Source: an uncultured Pseudomonadota bacterium
GTDB lineage: Bacteria; SAR324; NAC60-12
DNA length: 30,573 bases
Direction of reading: 5' to 3'
NCBI GenBank assembly: GCA_913020725.1
Contig: CAJWCD010000024.1
Location: forward strand, 1 to 30,573
The notes beneath the pieces are model-generated. The model had not been told where the DNA came from, searched no databases, and saw nothing but the letters and a program-made list of their open reading frames with translations. The position numbers were made by a program, and so were the translations under genes. Position 1 is the stretch's first letter. Every line of letters starts with the position of its first letter. Positions 27,412 to 30,573 of the stretch are shown here, one piece after another.

Positions 27412-28497
27412 ATGAGCCTACTACAACCCCTTGTTGACCTGCACACAAACCGTGGTGCAGTGCTTAAAACAGTCGGGGACCGCTTCCAAGCTTTGCGATA
27501 CGGTAACAGACTGGAGCCGGAAATCAACCCTATCCTGCACGGCTGTGGGGTGTTGGACCTGCAAATTCGTCCACTGATCGAAGTCAAGGGTCCGGACGCC
27601 AGCCACTTCCTGCATGGGCTGCTCACGAACGATATCGTCGGTTTACCCTGCGGACGTTGGCAACCCAATTTATTCTGCGGGAGCAAGGGCAAGATCAAAC
27701 AGCGCTTGGAGGTGCTGAAGCTCGCTGCGGAATGCGTCGTGATCTGCTGCGAAGCGGAAGCGGGCATTGCCGTTGGCACCTTGCTCGACCACTACCTCGT
27801 CCGCGAAGACGTCACCCTCGCCTTCTTGAGCCGCGAGCAAATCCGCATGGATCTGTTTGGTTCCAAATCAACAGTGGCCCTGCACCGCCTTGGGATTCCA
27901 GAGCAAGCCTGCACGGGTTCGTTTGGCGAATTCGAGTTCCATGCGGCTCCAGTGCCGTGGGGCACGCAAACCCGTTGGGGCTGCTTGCTGCCGATTGCAG
28001 GGGCCGCCGAGTGGTTGGCGTCCGTACTGAACTCCGCTCCGGAATGCGATTTGGTCGGCACCGAGGCCGTGGACGCCGTGCGCATCGCCGAGGGGCTACC
28101 GTGTCCCGGTAATGATTTTGGTCCGGAGAACTTTCCGCAGGAAGCCGCGCTGGGCGATCACATTTCTTACACGAAGGGCTGCTACATTGGCCAAGAGCCG
28201 CACGCCCGCATGTTCCACCGGGGGCATCCAAACTGGCAACTCGTGGGCCTGCGCATCCCGGAGAGCGTGAAGGCTGCGGCAGGCGCACCACTGCTTCACG
28301 ACGGCAACGAGATCGGACGCCTCACCAGCGTTTCGCTGATCACGCAGGACGGGATGCGTGCCGCGCTGGGCTGGGTGCGACACGCCATCGCCGAGGCGCA
28401 AAATCCGGTGACGCTCGAATCCGGACGAGTCGAACTCACGCCGTTTCCGTTGCCCAACACCATCCGCCGCATCGTTCCGGAGACGAAATCCTCATGA
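27412..28497 (+). CDS. ygfZ: YgfZ/GcvT family folate-binding protein
   Basis: GPDASHFLHGLLTNDI and ISYTKGCYIGQE (YgfZ signature). The start is 27412 or 27367. Confidence 0.85.
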   Translation: MSLLQPLVDLHTNRGAVLKTVGDRFQALRYGNRLEPEINPILHGCGVLDLQIRPLIEVKGPDASHFLHGLLTNDIVGLPCGRWQPNLFCGSKGKIKQRLEVLKLAAECVVICCEAEAGIAVGTLLDHYLVREDVTLAFLSREQIRMDLFGSKSTVALHRLGIPEQACTGSFGEFEFHAAPVPWGTQTRWGCLLPIAGAAEWLASVLNSAPECDLVGTEAVDAVRIAEGLPCPGNDFGPENFPQEAALGDHISYTKGCYIGQEPHARMFHRGHPNWQLVGLRIPESVKAAAGAPLLHDGNEIGRLTSVSLITQDGMRAALGWVRHAIAEAQNPVTLESGRVELTPFPLPNTIRRIVPETKSS

Positions 28498-28631
28498 CTG
28501 CAAACCGCGCGCACACAAAACTTCCCGGAACGCCCACGCTCCCGGGCTGGACCCCGACGCCGCTGGGCTGCTTCTCCGGATTGGCGCTGGTAACACTATT
28601 GTCATACTTGCTAGTGCTGTTCATTTCCTGA
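28494..28631 (+). CDS. Putative 45-aa small membrane protein (not in ORF track)
   Basis: ATG overlaps the ygfZ stop (ATGA). Translation MTANRAHTKLPGTPTLPGWTPTPLGCFSGLALVTLLSYLLVLFIS* ends in a TM-like helix. Confidence 0.5.
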   Translation: MTANRAHTKLPGTPTLPGWTPTPLGCFSGLALVTLLSYLLVLFIS

Positions 28632-28707
28632 ACCACGATGCCTCGCCCGCTCTGCAATTCCACCGCACTCGCCGAACCACAAACCCCGGAATGGCTGGAG
28701 CCGATCG

Positions 28708-29145
28708 ATGCCTGATTCCCGAGCGTACCCAACCCGACCCTTTGTGGGAGTGGGCGTGGTGGTGCTGAAAGGAGAGTCCGTGCTGCTGATCCGGCGGGGG
28801 CGTCCGCCCCGGCTTGGTGAATGGAGCCTGCCCGGCGGAGCGCAACAGCTAGGAGAAACGGTTGCCGAGGCCGCCATTCGGGAAATCCGGGAGGAAACCG
28901 GACTAGAGATCGCAGCTCCAGAACTGCTTGATGTGGTGGATTCGCTCGTGCGTGATCCGGATGGACGGGTGCACTACCACTACACGTTGGTCGATTTCTG
29001 GAGCAAGTGGAGTTCCGGAGTCCCCCACGCCGGAGACGATGCGCAAGCCGTCCAGTGGCATGACCGTGAAACCCTCTCCCAACTTGGCCTCTGGAAAGAG
29101 ACCGTCCGCATCATTGCACTGGCGTTTTCTGCACAAGCCGCCTGA
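28708..29145 (+). CDS. NUDIX hydrolase
   Basis: YPTRPFVGVG and WSLPGGAQQLGETVAEAAIREIREETG (Nudix box). GGAG RBS upstream. Confidence 0.93.
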   Translation: MPDSRAYPTRPFVGVGVVVLKGESVLLIRRGRPPRLGEWSLPGGAQQLGETVAEAAIREIREETGLEIAAPELLDVVDSLVRDPDGRVHYHYTLVDFWSKWSSGVPHAGDDAQAVQWHDRETLSQLGLWKETVRIIALAFSAQAA

Positions 29146-29355
29146 AATCTTCGAAAAACTTGCCAGACGCCTGAATTTTTTCAGATTTTCCTTTCCATTT
29201 TGTTCCAGTCACAGAAAATAAAATTCAACAAAATCAATAATTTAAACAAAACTGTTTTTTGATATCTTGCAAATAATTGGGGCTTGCTGAAAAAGTCAAA
29301 ATCGACTCTGAAAGTACACAGCAACCGTCTAACCCCAAAAACAATTCGCAAAAAA

Positions 29356-29385
29356 TAGTAAAAACCAGAAAATTATGTTTTACTA
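29356..29385. promoter_or_regulatory. Inverted repeat TAGTAAAA-N14-TTTTACTA, candidate operator
   Basis: Perfect 8-bp inverted repeat in the AT-rich region upstream of the XRE gene. Confidence 0.4.
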
Positions 29386-29479
29386 ACTTTGAGTTTATGG
29401 ACTTATGGAAAACACCACGTTAAGGTTCCACACAAGCACGGGTGGGTTACCGGAACCTAGGGGGGAAAGGATATTCTTG

Positions 29480-29695
29480 ATGACACGACACGATTTTGGC
29501 TTCAGGGTCCGCAAGCTGAGTCACGCACACCACTGGACCCAAGCAAACCTGACCAGCCAACTCGGCTACTCCGAGGTGATGGTCAGCTCCATCGAAAACG
29601 GGCAGCGCTCGCCGAGCTTTGAGCAGATCCTCAAACTCGCCGATGTCTTTGGCGTGGCTCCCGGAGAACTCTTCAACAAGGAGGGCTTCGCATGA
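29480..29695 (+). CDS. XRE-family helix-turn-helix regulator
   Basis: FGFRVRKL...WTQANLTSQLGYSEVMVSSIENGQRSPSFEQILKLADVFGV. AAGGA RBS before ATG 29480. Confidence 0.9.
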   Translation: MTRHDFGFRVRKLSHAHHWTQANLTSQLGYSEVMVSSIENGQRSPSFEQILKLADVFGVAPGELFNKEGFA

Positions 29696-30084
29696 ACCTG
29701 GACGACCACGACGACGACCACGACTTTCGCACCGCCTCGCTTGCGACGGACCAACTCAACGGGGATTTCCGTGAGCAGCTCGTCTCGGCGATGTTCCTCG
29801 CCATCCAGTACTGGCAGCAGGCGACGTTCAAAAGCAAGCTCGACCTTGCGATGGAGTCCGGCATCTGGACCGCCAACCAGGACGGCAGCACGCTCGTCAC
29901 CCGCACCCTCGACAAGTACCTGCGCCTCTCAACCCTGCCCAAGCGTCCCCACACCGAGGAGGTCTTCCGGACCCTGCACTACGTCCTCAACCATTGCGAC
30001 AACCACTCGGCTCTCCGCGAGCAGTTGGAATCCCTCACCGACAAGCTCATCGTCGCCCACCACCAGCTCAGCCTGCTGAGCTGA
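29692..30084 (+). CDS. Hypothetical protein resembling a stand-alone C-terminal output domain of some large signalling proteins
   Basis: ATGA-coupled to the XRE gene with a GGAGG RBS. Motif M-x5-YW-x3-T-x-KSK-x2-LA-x-ESGIW...TRTLDKYL-x4-LPKRP. Confidence 0.75.
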   Translation: MNLDDHDDDHDFRTASLATDQLNGDFREQLVSAMFLAIQYWQQATFKSKLDLAMESGIWTANQDGSTLVTRTLDKYLRLSTLPKRPHTEEVFRTLHYVLNHCDNHSALREQLESLTDKLIVAHHQLSLLS

Positions 30085-30097
30085 CCCTCTTGACCCA

Positions 30098-30144
30098 GCC
30101 ACGGATCACACGGATCAGATCATTTGATCCGTGTGATCCGTGGC
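30098..30144. repeat. Perfect 20-bp inverted repeat with internal 9-nt tandem units (REP-like)
   Basis: GCCACGGATCACACGGATCA-GATCATT-TGATCCGTGTGATCCGTGGC. Confidence 0.9.
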
Positions 30145-30402
30145 AAGCAAACTTCCGCCTTCGATTCGCGGGCAGGGTTCGCGCCTGCCGACTCCCGGCT
30201 TTGAAAGAAACGGGCGGCTTCTGGTGTTTCTGCCATATTTTTTACTAGAATTTACGAGTCCTTACAAATTCTTTCTAGTATTTTATATAATCAGCTGTTT
30301 ATATCATTGATCTGCATCTAACAATCCGTGAAACTATGGGCATGTCTTGGGCGATCCGCATGGAGCGGGGCCTTTCATTCCTTCCTTTAATCTAAGGTGA
30401 CC

Positions 30403-30573
30403 ATGAGTATGCAACGATCTTTCATCCAGCTAATTTTTGCCCTCGTGGCTTCCCTCGCCTTGCTTGGAGGTTGTGCCTCCGAAGGTACCAAGGGGACGTC
30501 TGGCTCTGACGGCACCATTGCCGTGCCCACGGACAGTGATTTGACTCTCACCATCATTCATGAAGACAATGAC
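30403..30573 (+). CDS. Lipoprotein, 5' part (runs off window)
   Basis: MSMQRSFIQLIFALVASLALLGGCASEGTKGTSGSDG... with lipobox LGGC, AAGGTG RBS, and open to the window end. Confidence 0.75.
   Translation, partial: MSMQRSFIQLIFALVASLALLGGCASEGTKGTSGSDGTIAVPTDSDLTLTIIHEDND

Noticed and set aside
29423..29458. AGGTTCC...GGAACCT hairpin in the XRE leader
   Set aside because: A 7-bp stem with a long loop and no other support, so it may be chance.

Overview
A GC-rich (roughly 58-60% by eye), gene-dense bacterial chromosomal segment. The gene set and protein style suggest a deltaproteobacterial-type lineage such as SAR324, but that is inference only. It is mostly housekeeping: gloA, DUF2062, a TPR protein, an HNH protein, tolB and a tolA/TonB-like gene, HU, PBP1A, YdcF/DUF218, carB, Mini-RNase III, an R3H protein, lon, hemL, an orphan fliN, a nucleoside ABC/BMP/nucleoside hydrolase cluster, folD, ygfZ-like, NUDIX, an XRE regulator pair and a partial lipoprotein. 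The most interesting feature is at the left edge and looks like a collapsed diversity-generating retroelement (DGR). It consists of the 3' end of a probable FGE/CLec-fold target gene ((F)RLARD*), GC-rich hairpins, and an avd gene whose last helix is replaced in-frame by what resembles the extreme C-terminus of a DGR reverse transcriptase, so the TR and RT core appear deleted. A second window-wide signal is strong over-representation of the palindrome TCCGGA (about 70 copies by manual count versus about 10 expected). Other observations are an unannotated 45-aa membrane ORF coupled to ygfZ, a structured HU leader, a lon-R3H-Mini-III cluster, and REP-like repeats. No rRNA, tRNA, CRISPR array or intact transposase was seen.
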